Of a DNA stretch of 64,000 nt, positions 17,994-25,582 are shown in pieces. Made by a program: the position numbers and the translations under genes. Each line of letters starts with the position of its first letter. Positions within the stretch are counted from its first letter, which is position 1. The notes beneath the pieces are model-generated. The model was not told where the DNA came from. It did no database searches and saw nothing but the letters and a program-made list of their open reading frames with translations. The stretch spans positions 1-64,000 of IMG/VR virus record IMGVR_UViG_3300031965_000018; one strand, written 5' to 3'. The DNA comes from a virus.

Positions 17994-18223
17994 TGAGCCG
18001 CTTGCTACTGACGGAGCAGGAACGTCACCGATTTGCGGACTGGCTGGAAATGGAAGCTGCTTCATCCGAAGGGCTGGCGCTGGAGCTGGACAAGCTGTTC
18101 GGTGGATCGGTTGCCGCGATTGCCAAGCAACACCGGATGGAGGCCGCTGCGTCTCGGCTGATCGCGAAGAAGTTGCGGTCGATTGAGTCCATGACGATTG
18201 GGAGAGCCTCAGAGGGCGAGTGA
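17990..18223 (+). CDS. hypothetical protein
   Basis: 77-aa track ORF, ATGA-coupled. Confidence 0.45.
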   Translation: MMSRLLLTEQERHRFADWLEMEAASSEGLALELDKLFGGSVAAIAKQHRMEAAASRLIAKKLRSIESMTIGRASEGE

Positions 18224-18399
18224 TGCGTTTTCGTATCGGCTGGCGTGAGCGCCTGTTCGTCTGCCGTTTGTGTCGTCACCGGATGGTCCGCTTCGCACGA
18301 CACGATGCCGACGACGGCGGCGATCTCTGCTGGGGATGCCAGGAGCGCCAGAAATGGGCATCTCGCGAGGCCCCAGAAGCCAAGGTGAACCGTGGGTGA
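18223..18399 (+). CDS. possible 58-aa zinc-ribbon protein
   Basis: MRFRIGWRERLFVCRLCRHRMV...DLCWGCQERQ has CxxC...CxxC. TGATG-coupled. Below the ORF-track cutoff. Confidence 0.35.
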   Translation: MRFRIGWRERLFVCRLCRHRMVRFARHDADDGGDLCWGCQERQKWASREAPEAKVNRG

Positions 18400-18607
18400 G
18401 TGGCAACCGATTGCGGAGCACGTCGGGCCGGAGATGCGCGTCCTCGTGAGCGATGGCCGCTACGTCGAGGTGGCTGAGGTCTGGGCGGATGAAAACGGCG
18501 AGTATCGGGTGTGGTGCGACGAAGCCGGCCGGAAGATTCACCCCGAGCCCACGCATTTCCAACCCTTGCCACCCGCGCCAGCCGTCACCGCAGGAGAGGA
18601 GGAGTAA
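18392..18607 (+). CDS. DUF551-like phage protein
   Basis: GEWQPIAEHVGPEMRVLVSDGRYVEVAEVW...THFQPLPPAP follows the W-x-P ... W ... PLP pattern of DUF551. GTG start. Confidence 0.4.
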   Translation: MGEWQPIAEHVGPEMRVLVSDGRYVEVAEVWADENGEYRVWCDEAGRKIHPEPTHFQPLPPAPAVTAGEEE

Positions 18608-18610
18608 CCG

Positions 18611-18805
18611 ATGTTCGCAGGAGAAATGGGTAAGCAGATGATGATTCAACAGGGCTACGTGCCGAAGACCTGCACGCTGCCAGCCGAGATCGCCGGCCCG
18701 CTGATCTACGCCGAAGTATCGGCAGGCCGTGACGTGTGCGCCGGGTGCAATGATGACCGCACCGTCTGCCACGGGCGCCCGAGACGCAAGGAGCCCCACC
18801 GATGA
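18611..18805 (+). CDS. hypothetical protein
   Basis: 64-aa track ORF in a coupled gene chain. Confidence 0.4.
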   Translation: MFAGEMGKQMMIQQGYVPKTCTLPAEIAGPLIYAEVSAGRDVCAGCNDDRTVCHGRPRRKEPHR

Positions 18806-19257
18806 CCGATGACCTCCGCGCCCTAGTGGAGCACCTACGCGACTGCGTGGATGTGAAACGTATCGAGGCCAGCGAGCATCCCGATTTGACGCGACGGCAT
18901 TACGTCGATGGGCAGGTGCACGGCCTCACGTATGCCGCCAACGCGCTCGAAGCCCTGCTCGCCACCAGCCCCGTGAGCCCGAGCGAGGAGACGCCCCAGC
19001 CGAGGCGACAGGACTACCCGACTGCTGCGGCCTGGACCAGCGCCTATGGCGTCTGGCTGCGCCGCTACCAGCCCGAGCCCAGCCCCGCGATCCCGAGCGA
19101 GGACGATCTCGGTATTCGAGTTGTGCGGTGGGCCAGGGAGAATGACATCCATTGCACGCTGGGTCAGTTAAAGGATCTGGTTGACAGTCTCACCCTGCGC
19201 CAGCCCGAGCCCCGCCCCGTGAGCGAGCCGCCGCTGCAGGAGGATGTCAATGGGTAG
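18802..19257 (+). CDS. hypothetical protein
   Basis: 151-aa track ORF, ATGA-coupled. Confidence 0.5.
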   Translation: MTDDLRALVEHLRDCVDVKRIEASEHPDLTRRHYVDGQVHGLTYAANALEALLATSPVSPSEETPQPRRQDYPTAAAWTSAYGVWLRRYQPEPSPAIPSEDDLGIRVVRWARENDIHCTLGQLKDLVDSLTLRQPEPRPVSEPPLQEDVNG

Positions 19258-19582
19258 CGAAGCGTCTATTACGGCGACAAAGTGGCCGAAGCAAGGGCGG
19301 TATCTGGGATACCGAGCCCGAGTCATGTTCCACTATGTCGGACCTGAGGTGATGGGCACAATCGTCCGCAACGATGTGGAAGCGCCGCATCAGACGCTGA
19401 TTCAGCTAGATGACGGCCGGATCGTGCGCGCAGCCGAGTGCCAGTATTCGCCGGAGCCCGCCCCTCCCGTACACCGGGACGCGCCCGAGCCGCTGGACTG
19501 TTTCGGAGGGCTCCACCTGTTTCCACTGAACCCGTCACAGGGCGATATGTGCAAGTGCGGGATCGCACGATGGTCGAAATGA
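19244..19582 (+). CDS. hypothetical protein
   Basis: 112-aa track ORF. Confidence 0.45.
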   Translation: MSMGSEASITATKWPKQGRYLGYRARVMFHYVGPEVMGTIVRNDVEAPHQTLIQLDDGRIVRAAECQYSPEPAPPVHRDAPEPLDCFGGLHLFPLNPSQGDMCKCGIARWSK

Positions 19583-19971
19583 CCGAACATGAACTCTTAG
19601 CCGAGTGTCTCAAATCACTAACTCCACTAGTCGAGTCAAACGGTGGGGTAGTGATCAAGCATGCCGACGCTAGCACGGCCGGTATACCAGACGTATCAGT
19701 AACGGTCAATGGCCGCACCTCATGGTGGGAGTTCAAACATGCGAATCCGAGGGTCAAAGGCACCGAGCTACAGCGACTCACGGCCCGACGTTTGGCCAAT
19801 GCGGGTATCTGCTGGTACGTAGTCTATCAGACGCTACCCTCCGGTACCACGACCCATCTCGTGCGTCCATCCGCTGTGGGCGTGAACGGACATTTCCAGT
19901 CCGATCACTCGCACGCCGGGATCGACCACCGTTTTGTCGTTAATTTCATTTTGGAGCGTCATGCCGCCTAA
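19570..19971 (+). CDS. VRR-NUC domain nuclease (PD-(D/E)xK)
   Basis: GIPDVSV...SWWEFKH...ELQRLTARRLANAG matches the VRR-NUC D...ExK...Q pattern. It pairs with the SNF2 helicase further downstream, as in many phages. Confidence 0.6.
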   Translation: MVEMTEHELLAECLKSLTPLVESNGGVVIKHADASTAGIPDVSVTVNGRTSWWEFKHANPRVKGTELQRLTARRLANAGICWYVVYQTLPSGTTTHLVRPSAVGVNGHFQSDHSHAGIDHRFVVNFILERHAA

Positions 19972-20704
19972 AGTCCCATCCTACCTCCCGCGTCCGCTAC
20001 GGCGGGCGACTCCGGCCCGCCCGAGGGTTTACCCTACTCCGGCCGCGAACGGCCCGCCTACGGGCGCTCCGGCCGTTTCTCGGGCCTCTCCGGCTCGGCC
20101 CGTCTCGGCGTTCCGGCCCGCTCCGACGACGGCGGAAACGGGCGGGATCTTTACCTATACCGGCCGGCACATTTCGCCGCTCCGACTGCGCACGGAGGAC
20201 GTCTGTATCGAGGATATTGCCCACGGCCTGGCCTTGATGAATCGGTTCGTCGGTCAGACGCCACGGCCCATCTCCGTCGCACAGCACTCGGTCTACGTCA
20301 GTCGTCTTTGCGAGTCACACGGCCCACGAGTCGCCCTTCAAGCCTTACTCCATGACGCCAGCGAAGCATATCTGGGCGATATGTCGAAGTGGGTGAAGGG
20401 GATGCCGGAGATGGAAGGGTTTCGGAAGGCGGAAGCGCAAGCTCAGATGACTATCTATGAGTCGTTTGGACTATCGTGTCTAGAGCATGAGAGTATCGAG
20501 GAAGCAGACCGGCTCATGGTACGCTATGAGGCGTACGCGAGTTGGGGCGCGAAGATGCCGCTGTTCCTCCGGCCGCGCTATCCGGTGCCGACGAAGGAAG
20601 AATGCGAGCGCGTGGGGATGTGGCGACCGTGGACGTGGCTCATCTCAGAGGAAAGTTTTCTGAACCAGTTCAACGCACTCGTTTCGGACTTAGAAGACCG
20701 ATGA
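19961..20704 (+). CDS. HD-domain phosphohydrolase (YfbR-like 5'-deoxynucleotidase type) with Pro/Ala-rich N-terminal extension
   Basis: VAQHSVYV ... LLHDASEAYLGD is an H...HD...D metal motif. No alternative in-frame start lies between the GC-rich insert and the HD core. Confidence 0.6.
   Translation: MPPKVPSYLPRPLRRATPARPRVYPTPAANGPPTGAPAVSRASPARPVSAFRPAPTTAETGGIFTYTGRHISPLRLRTEDVCIEDIAHGLALMNRFVGQTPRPISVAQHSVYVSRLCESHGPRVALQALLHDASEAYLGDMSKWVKGMPEMEGFRKAEAQAQMTIYESFGLSCLEHESIEEADRLMVRYEAYASWGAKMPLFLRPRYPVPTKEECERVGMWRPWTWLISEESFLNQFNALVSDLEDR
19988..20150. repeat. GC-rich hairpin element, copy C (inside the HD gene 5' region)
   Basis: Shares 17 identical nt cgaacggcccgcctacg (20046-20062) with 62259-62275. 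Also has the same CCGCCTACGGGC-type modules as the 41.2-kb and 62.2-kb loci. Confidence 0.6.
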
Positions 20705-20709
20705 TTGCC

Positions 20710-20739
20710 GTTTATTTGAACGCGGGTTTCGCGTATACT
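20710..20739 (+). promoter_or_regulatory. conserved promoter-like box P1 upstream of the modification operon
   Basis: gtttatttgaacgcgggtttcgcgtatact is nearly the same box as 32791-32821 (gtttatttgacggtcggtttcggtttataat). TTGAAC to TATACT spacing is only 12 nt, so the true -35 may be the TTTATT part. Confidence 0.4.
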
Positions 20740-20765
20740 TTACGTTCGGTTTGCGAGGTGAATGA

Positions 20766-21890
20766 ATGAGAATCGCAGTCCTCTATTGGCCCACGACGTC
20801 TGTCGGCGGGATCGCTTCAGACCTTCTCAATTTGCGGTCGTGCGCTCTACGGAAGGGGCATACGTTCGATGTCTATCGGAGCGGTGACCTCTCGACGATT
20901 GAGCCGAGAAAGTTCAGAGAGCGGAAGCTGATTCGTGGCGGTGACAGCTTCATCCATATCGACGGAGAGGCATCGCACGCCAGTCGGCAGGTGCGCTACT
21001 CGGCCGATATGCTCAACCGTAACTACGACATCGTCATCCTGGGTTTCCTCTGCCCACATCCCAAGAAAGAGATACCTGAGCCGCGATTTTTGGAGTTACT
21101 CACGCGGCTGAAGATGCCGATTGTCGGCCGCGTGACAGATGGCTACTTCGATACGTATGCCGAGTGGGGCAAGCAGACACTCGCCCTATGCCAGCGCTCA
21201 ACGGTCGTCGTCCCGTCCTATGCGAAGCCACTGACGGATCGTGAGATCACGAACTTTGAAATCTACCGCGCGCCATTCGACGCCGAGGCATACGGGATCG
21301 ACTTAGAGGCAAAGCGCTCACCGACTGAGCTTACCATCTGGCCCAGCCAGCAGAAGAACATCAAAGGTTGGAACCCATTCCTGGAGATGCTCGCGGAGAT
21401 ACCCGGTGACGTAGAGATTTACAACTGCGGTATCCGCTACTACCAGACGCGCACATCAGACGAGTGGATTCGCGGCATCGGCAAGAATAACTTCCACCCG
21501 GAGTTCGGCGGCCTTGGGCGCCATACGTATTTCGGCTGGCAGACGCTCGACCATATGCGCAGTGAGGTCTACCCGCGAGCGTGGTTCATGGTAGACTTTC
21601 AAGGCATGGGAAAGCCACGCTATGAGGCGTATCGTCTTGGGTCCTACAACCACACGACGGTCGAAGCTCTTTGGTATGGGATGCTGCCGGTTCTGTATCA
21701 TACGTCGATGAACGCGGGATTGCCGCCTGAGGTATTCTTCGCGGTTGAGGAAGCGAGGGACTTCATCACGGACCATGACCGTGCCCTCGAACAATTCCAC
21801 GACGCGACACGACTAGCCCAGGCCCGTCAGTTCGTGCTCGATCACCACTCGGCCGATCATCAATTGGCCTATCTCTTGGGTGATCTGTGA
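20766..21890 (+). CDS. GT-B fold glycosyltransferase (GT1/GT4-like)
   Basis: The MRIAVLYWPTTSVGGIASDL opening and a C-terminal E...EALWYGMLPV block fit GT4-type enzymes. First gene of the coupled operon. Confidence 0.55.
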   Translation: MRIAVLYWPTTSVGGIASDLLNLRSCALRKGHTFDVYRSGDLSTIEPRKFRERKLIRGGDSFIHIDGEASHASRQVRYSADMLNRNYDIVILGFLCPHPKKEIPEPRFLELLTRLKMPIVGRVTDGYFDTYAEWGKQTLALCQRSTVVVPSYAKPLTDREITNFEIYRAPFDAEAYGIDLEAKRSPTELTIWPSQQKNIKGWNPFLEMLAEIPGDVEIYNCGIRYYQTRTSDEWIRGIGKNNFHPEFGGLGRHTYFGWQTLDHMRSEVYPRAWFMVDFQGMGKPRYEAYRLGSYNHTTVEALWYGMLPVLYHTSMNAGLPPEVFFAVEEARDFITDHDRALEQFHDATRLAQARQFVLDHHSADHQLAYLLGDL

Positions 21891-22618
21891 AAGTCTATAT
21901 CCCAACCATTGGTCGAGTGGACCGACAAGTAACGCTTGCAGCGTTGCCAGAGCGATGGAAAGAACGCACATGGCTCATTCAGCAGAATAGTGAGTCTCAT
22001 ACTCACCAGTATTTTTCTTGCCCAGTAACTCGCATTGCCCAGGTTCGTCAGTGGGTGGTAGAAGAAACTGAAGGCGAGAAGCTCTTGATGCTGGACGATG
22101 ATCTTCAGTTCTTTACACGAACAATCGAAGATCCAAGGCTACGTCGGGCGACTCCCGAGGAAGTAGGGATAGCGCTGGATATGCTCGACTCGTGGTTAGA
22201 TGAACGGGCTATGGTTGGGTTTGGCCCGGTCTTTATGAACCAGCAATATCGAGTGCCGTATATTGAATGCGCGAGAGTAGCGCACTCTTTCGGATTCCAG
22301 CGGAGTGTGTTACGTTCTGAAGGCATTCGTTTCACTGACGTCGTCTTTTCCGAAGACTTCCACGTCACGCTCTCTTTACTAGAGCGAGGTTATGCGAACC
22401 GAATAAGTACACTCAATGTAGTCAAACAGGTGAAGGAAGGTGCAAGTGGTGGCATTTCGACTTACGCTACCACAGAAATCCGAGAGGAAGCTAAGCAACA
22501 ATTTGCCGCTCTCCACCCGAAGACCGTTACACTTTACCATCGAGACGTGCCCGATCAATTCGGGATGACTCTTTCGTGTCGAATTGCTTGGAAGCGAGCG
22601 TTTGGAGTTGAACGATGA
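21887..22618 (+). CDS. GT-A-like glycosyltransferase (DxD)
   Basis: MKVYIPTIGRVDR... then LLMLDDDLQFF (DxD). Any relation to base-J/TET-associated DNA glycosyltransferases needs a profile search. Confidence 0.4.
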   Translation: MKVYIPTIGRVDRQVTLAALPERWKERTWLIQQNSESHTHQYFSCPVTRIAQVRQWVVEETEGEKLLMLDDDLQFFTRTIEDPRLRRATPEEVGIALDMLDSWLDERAMVGFGPVFMNQQYRVPYIECARVAHSFGFQRSVLRSEGIRFTDVVFSEDFHVTLSLLERGYANRISTLNVVKQVKEGASGGISTYATTEIREEAKQQFAALHPKTVTLYHRDVPDQFGMTLSCRIAWKRAFGVER

Positions 22619-23298
22619 TCGACCGTGAACTGTTGGTCTTAGCTTGCGGCCGTTCCGGCACGCTCTATACGTCAAAGGTCTTTCGCGCGGCGGGTTTCGA
22701 CCTACGGCACGAGCAGATCGGCGCATTCGGTTCTTCATCCATGTATATGGTACCGAGGGTCACGGATTGCTCCATTGTCAATGCGGGGCAGAAGGTGCCA
22801 ATTCACGCCGGGGAGAATCGAGCCGACTACCGTTTTAAACACGTCTGGCACCAGACGCGCCACCCGCTTCGCGCCATCGACTCCCTCGCAAAGTCATTCA
22901 CTCGGAAGGTTCGCCTTTGGACCGGGGAGCAGATTCGCTTTGCGATGCCTGGCCGCTCCACTGAACTCCAGTGCCCTATCGAGGATAAGATCCACTGGGC
23001 GATGCGCTATTGGTTCTACAACAATGCGTTTTGTGGGGTACAAGCCGAGTGGCGCTACCAGTTGGAGAACTTTCCATGGGGTGAGATGCTGGAGCGACTC
23101 GGGTATCAGTCAGGTCACCCGCTCCCGGTTATCCCAGCGACGACCAACCGCAACCTCCGCTTCGCATTCAAGAGCGCCGAGCAGGCTGCAATGATTCGAG
23201 AGACGATCTACGACACGACGTGGGAGACACTCGAACGAATCAACCCCTATCTAACAGATACGATTCGTAGGATGGCTCGGAGGTATGGCTATGAGTAA
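22615..23298 (+). CDS. sulfotransferase-like protein (P-loop-kinase-related fold)
   Basis: LVLACGRSGTLYTSKVF resembles the 5'-PSB loop and WHQTRHPLRAIDSL resembles the 3'-PB motif. There is no Walker lysine. A kinase cannot be excluded by eye. Confidence 0.4.
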   Translation: MIDRELLVLACGRSGTLYTSKVFRAAGFDLRHEQIGAFGSSSMYMVPRVTDCSIVNAGQKVPIHAGENRADYRFKHVWHQTRHPLRAIDSLAKSFTRKVRLWTGEQIRFAMPGRSTELQCPIEDKIHWAMRYWFYNNAFCGVQAEWRYQLENFPWGEMLERLGYQSGHPLPVIPATTNRNLRFAFKSAEQAAMIRETIYDTTWETLERINPYLTDTIRRMARRYGYE

Positions 23299-23860
23299 GA
23301 TTCTCGCCATCGAGCCGCACGCCGACGATCTGTTCATCTCGGTCGGATGGACACTTGACGCAATGATTAAGGCCGGGCACGAAGTGACGACCTTGACCGT
23401 CTTTGGAGACGAGCGACGACAGAAGGAGGCGCAAGAATACGCGCGACTGCTTGGGGCCGAGCACCGAGCCTTACAACTGCCGGAGTCTGGGTCCATGGAT
23501 GGCGAAGTTGACAAGCGAGCATTACACGACGCCATAGTCGCACTCGATTCTAGCTTTAGCCAGATCTTTGACCAGGTTTGGTGTCCGCTCGGTATCTACC
23601 ACGAAGAGCATAAAGCTGTACGTCGAGCGGTAGACACCTTATTCAAGAATCCGATCTATTACCTCGACATGCCGTATGCGGTGAAAGAGAAGAACCGCAT
23701 CGAGGCAAATGAAGCCATAAGGAAGCGACACGTGATCTCTCTCATCGCACCCACGCCGCGCAAGTGGAAGGGCGCGGAGTTGATCTTCAAGTCACAATCC
23801 GCGTTCTTTCACTTCGAGCGGGATAACCTATTGCGCTGTTGGGAGATGTTGGTGCGATGA
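23291..23860 (+). CDS. PIG-L / LmbE family N-acetylglucosaminyl deacetylase
   Basis: ILAIEPHADDLFISVGWTL, GHEVTTLTVFGD and YHEEHKAV correspond to the family's AHPDD, G-x-x-V and HxDH motifs. SD GGAGG lies 7 nt before ATG 23291. Confidence 0.6.
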   Translation: MSKILAIEPHADDLFISVGWTLDAMIKAGHEVTTLTVFGDERRQKEAQEYARLLGAEHRALQLPESGSMDGEVDKRALHDAIVALDSSFSQIFDQVWCPLGIYHEEHKAVRRAVDTLFKNPIYYLDMPYAVKEKNRIEANEAIRKRHVISLIAPTPRKWKGAELIFKSQSAFFHFERDNLLRCWEMLVR

Positions 23861-24033
23861 TCAACATCTATCTCCGCTGCCCGAGTTGCGCTTACGTCTG
23901 GCACGCCACGTCGGTTGTTGAGGGCGCGTGGTGGGCGCCGAAATACCCGGAGGTTGACGCGAGATTCCAGTGCTACTGCCCGAAGTGTAGTGCCGCGCCG
24001 CCGATGGAACTTGAACGGACGGAGAATCAATGA
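23857..24033 (+). CDS. small zinc-ribbon protein
   Basis: MINIYLRCPSCAYVW...QCYCPKCSA has CxxC...CxxC. ATGA-coupled at both ends. Confidence 0.4.
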   Translation: MINIYLRCPSCAYVWHATSVVEGAWWAPKYPEVDARFQCYCPKCSAAPPMELERTENQ

Positions 24034-24614
24034 CCGTAGCAGACCGCATCGAGAACTACCATGCCGTGACCGGGTTTCCCGAGTCGTTGTTTGCCTCTGG
24101 TGACGGGCGCATCTGCGGCGTGTGGATCATGGGTAATGACTATCGCGTGAAGTCCACGTTCTATGGAGGATACCCGGCCGGTTACTTGCGGCGCGTTCGC
24201 GCTCTATTCCCTGAGAAGCAGGCCGTCTTGCACTTATTCTCGGGTCGAGTGGACACAGAAACGATGCCTGGCAAGACGGTCGATATCAATAGTGACTTGG
24301 CGCCGGACTACGTCGATGACGCGCAGACGCTCACACAAGTGCCTCTTGAAGATTTTGACCTCGTGTTAGCCGATCCTCCCTATTCGGTCGAGGACGCTGA
24401 TCATTATCAAACGACGATGGTGAAACGGAACGTCGTGATGCGCGTTCTCGGGCAACGGTTGCGACCAGGCTCTCACGTAGTTTGGCTCGACCAAGTACTC
24501 CCGATGTATCGCAAGGACAGTCTTAGCTTATACGGCGTCATTGGAATGGTGAAGTCCACGAATCATCGTTTCCGCGTCGTATCGATTTTTGAGCGAATTG
24601 GAGAGACATGTTAA
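24030..24614 (+). CDS. DNA methyltransferase (N6-adenine/N4-cytosine type, DPPY)
   Basis: Motif IV LVLADPPYS and motif I-like VLHLFSG. Compact, 194 aa. Confidence 0.6.
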   Translation: MTVADRIENYHAVTGFPESLFASGDGRICGVWIMGNDYRVKSTFYGGYPAGYLRRVRALFPEKQAVLHLFSGRVDTETMPGKTVDINSDLAPDYVDDAQTLTQVPLEDFDLVLADPPYSVEDADHYQTTMVKRNVVMRVLGQRLRPGSHVVWLDQVLPMYRKDSLSLYGVIGMVKSTNHRFRVVSIFERIGETC

Positions 24615-25582
24615 CCGAAGCACCAGAGTCACTGTTCTGGTATTGGATAAGTGAGAGACATTCCATCTACCTCCGGCGCGCGGCCGGGTTGCCGAAGCCA
24701 TGGACCGACGATCCGATCTTGCAGCAGTACAAGTTCACCAATCCGTTTCGTGAGAACGACCGAGGGACGGTGTGGTTGCGCGAGAACTTTCTGGAGCCGC
24801 ATCGTATACCCGACGAGACGTGGAGCGAGCTTGTTAAGATCGAAACGATGCAGCACGGTCGATTGAGTCACTACTCGAAATCAGAATGGCTATCCTTACT
24901 TGCCTTCAACATCGCATGGTACAGAATGTTCAACTGGTGGGGCACCGGCCGTCTCCTCGGGTGGCAGACCGATTGGGATCCGGCAGCGGTCATCGAGACA
25001 CTGACCCAAGCAAGTCTTCGCGGCGAGCAGGTTTTCACCGGCGCGCATATCGTCTACAGCCCGCCAGGACGGCCGAAGATCGACGCCATCGTGGACGTCT
25101 GCTCGGCACTCTATGATCTAACAGTTACGCAACGAGAGCTAGTCATCGACCCGCCGCACCATCGCTCGTTTGTCGAAGCGTGTCGCGCGTATCGATCCTT
25201 GGAGCGAGCCTTCTATTGGCTTCAATCCGTCTATTGCGTCGGCGGGTTCATGGCTTATGAGATGGTCACCGATATGCGGCATACGCGGCTCCTTGAGGAC
25301 GCGACGGACATCATGACGTGGGCCAATATGGGGCCGGGTGCGAAGCGTGGCTTGACGAGACTTGGACTCCCGGCGCGGAACCAAGATGAGGGGTGCGAGT
25401 CGATGCGTGGCCTCTTATCGAGGGCAAATACACAGCTTCCGGTGAATCATCCGGCAGCTGATTGGCCTACTCCCGAGATGCGCGATATCGAACACAGCCT
25501 GTGTGAATTCGATAAGTATTGCCGCGTGAAGTTCGGAGAAGGCAAGCCACGGTCAATGTACCCTGGGAGGAAGAATGACTAG
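24608..25582 (+). CDS. aGPT-Pplase-like protein (alpha-glutamyl/putrescinyl thymine pyrophosphorylase family)
   Basis: I recognise WYWISERHSIYLRRAAGLPKPWTDDPILQQYKFTNPFRENDRGTVWL as the characteristic N-terminal signature of this thymidine-hypermodification family. Needs HMM confirmation. Confidence 0.5.
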   Translation: MLTEAPESLFWYWISERHSIYLRRAAGLPKPWTDDPILQQYKFTNPFRENDRGTVWLRENFLEPHRIPDETWSELVKIETMQHGRLSHYSKSEWLSLLAFNIAWYRMFNWWGTGRLLGWQTDWDPAAVIETLTQASLRGEQVFTGAHIVYSPPGRPKIDAIVDVCSALYDLTVTQRELVIDPPHHRSFVEACRAYRSLERAFYWLQSVYCVGGFMAYEMVTDMRHTRLLEDATDIMTWANMGPGAKRGLTRLGLPARNQDEGCESMRGLLSRANTQLPVNHPAADWPTPEMRDIEHSLCEFDKYCRVKFGEGKPRSMYPGRKND

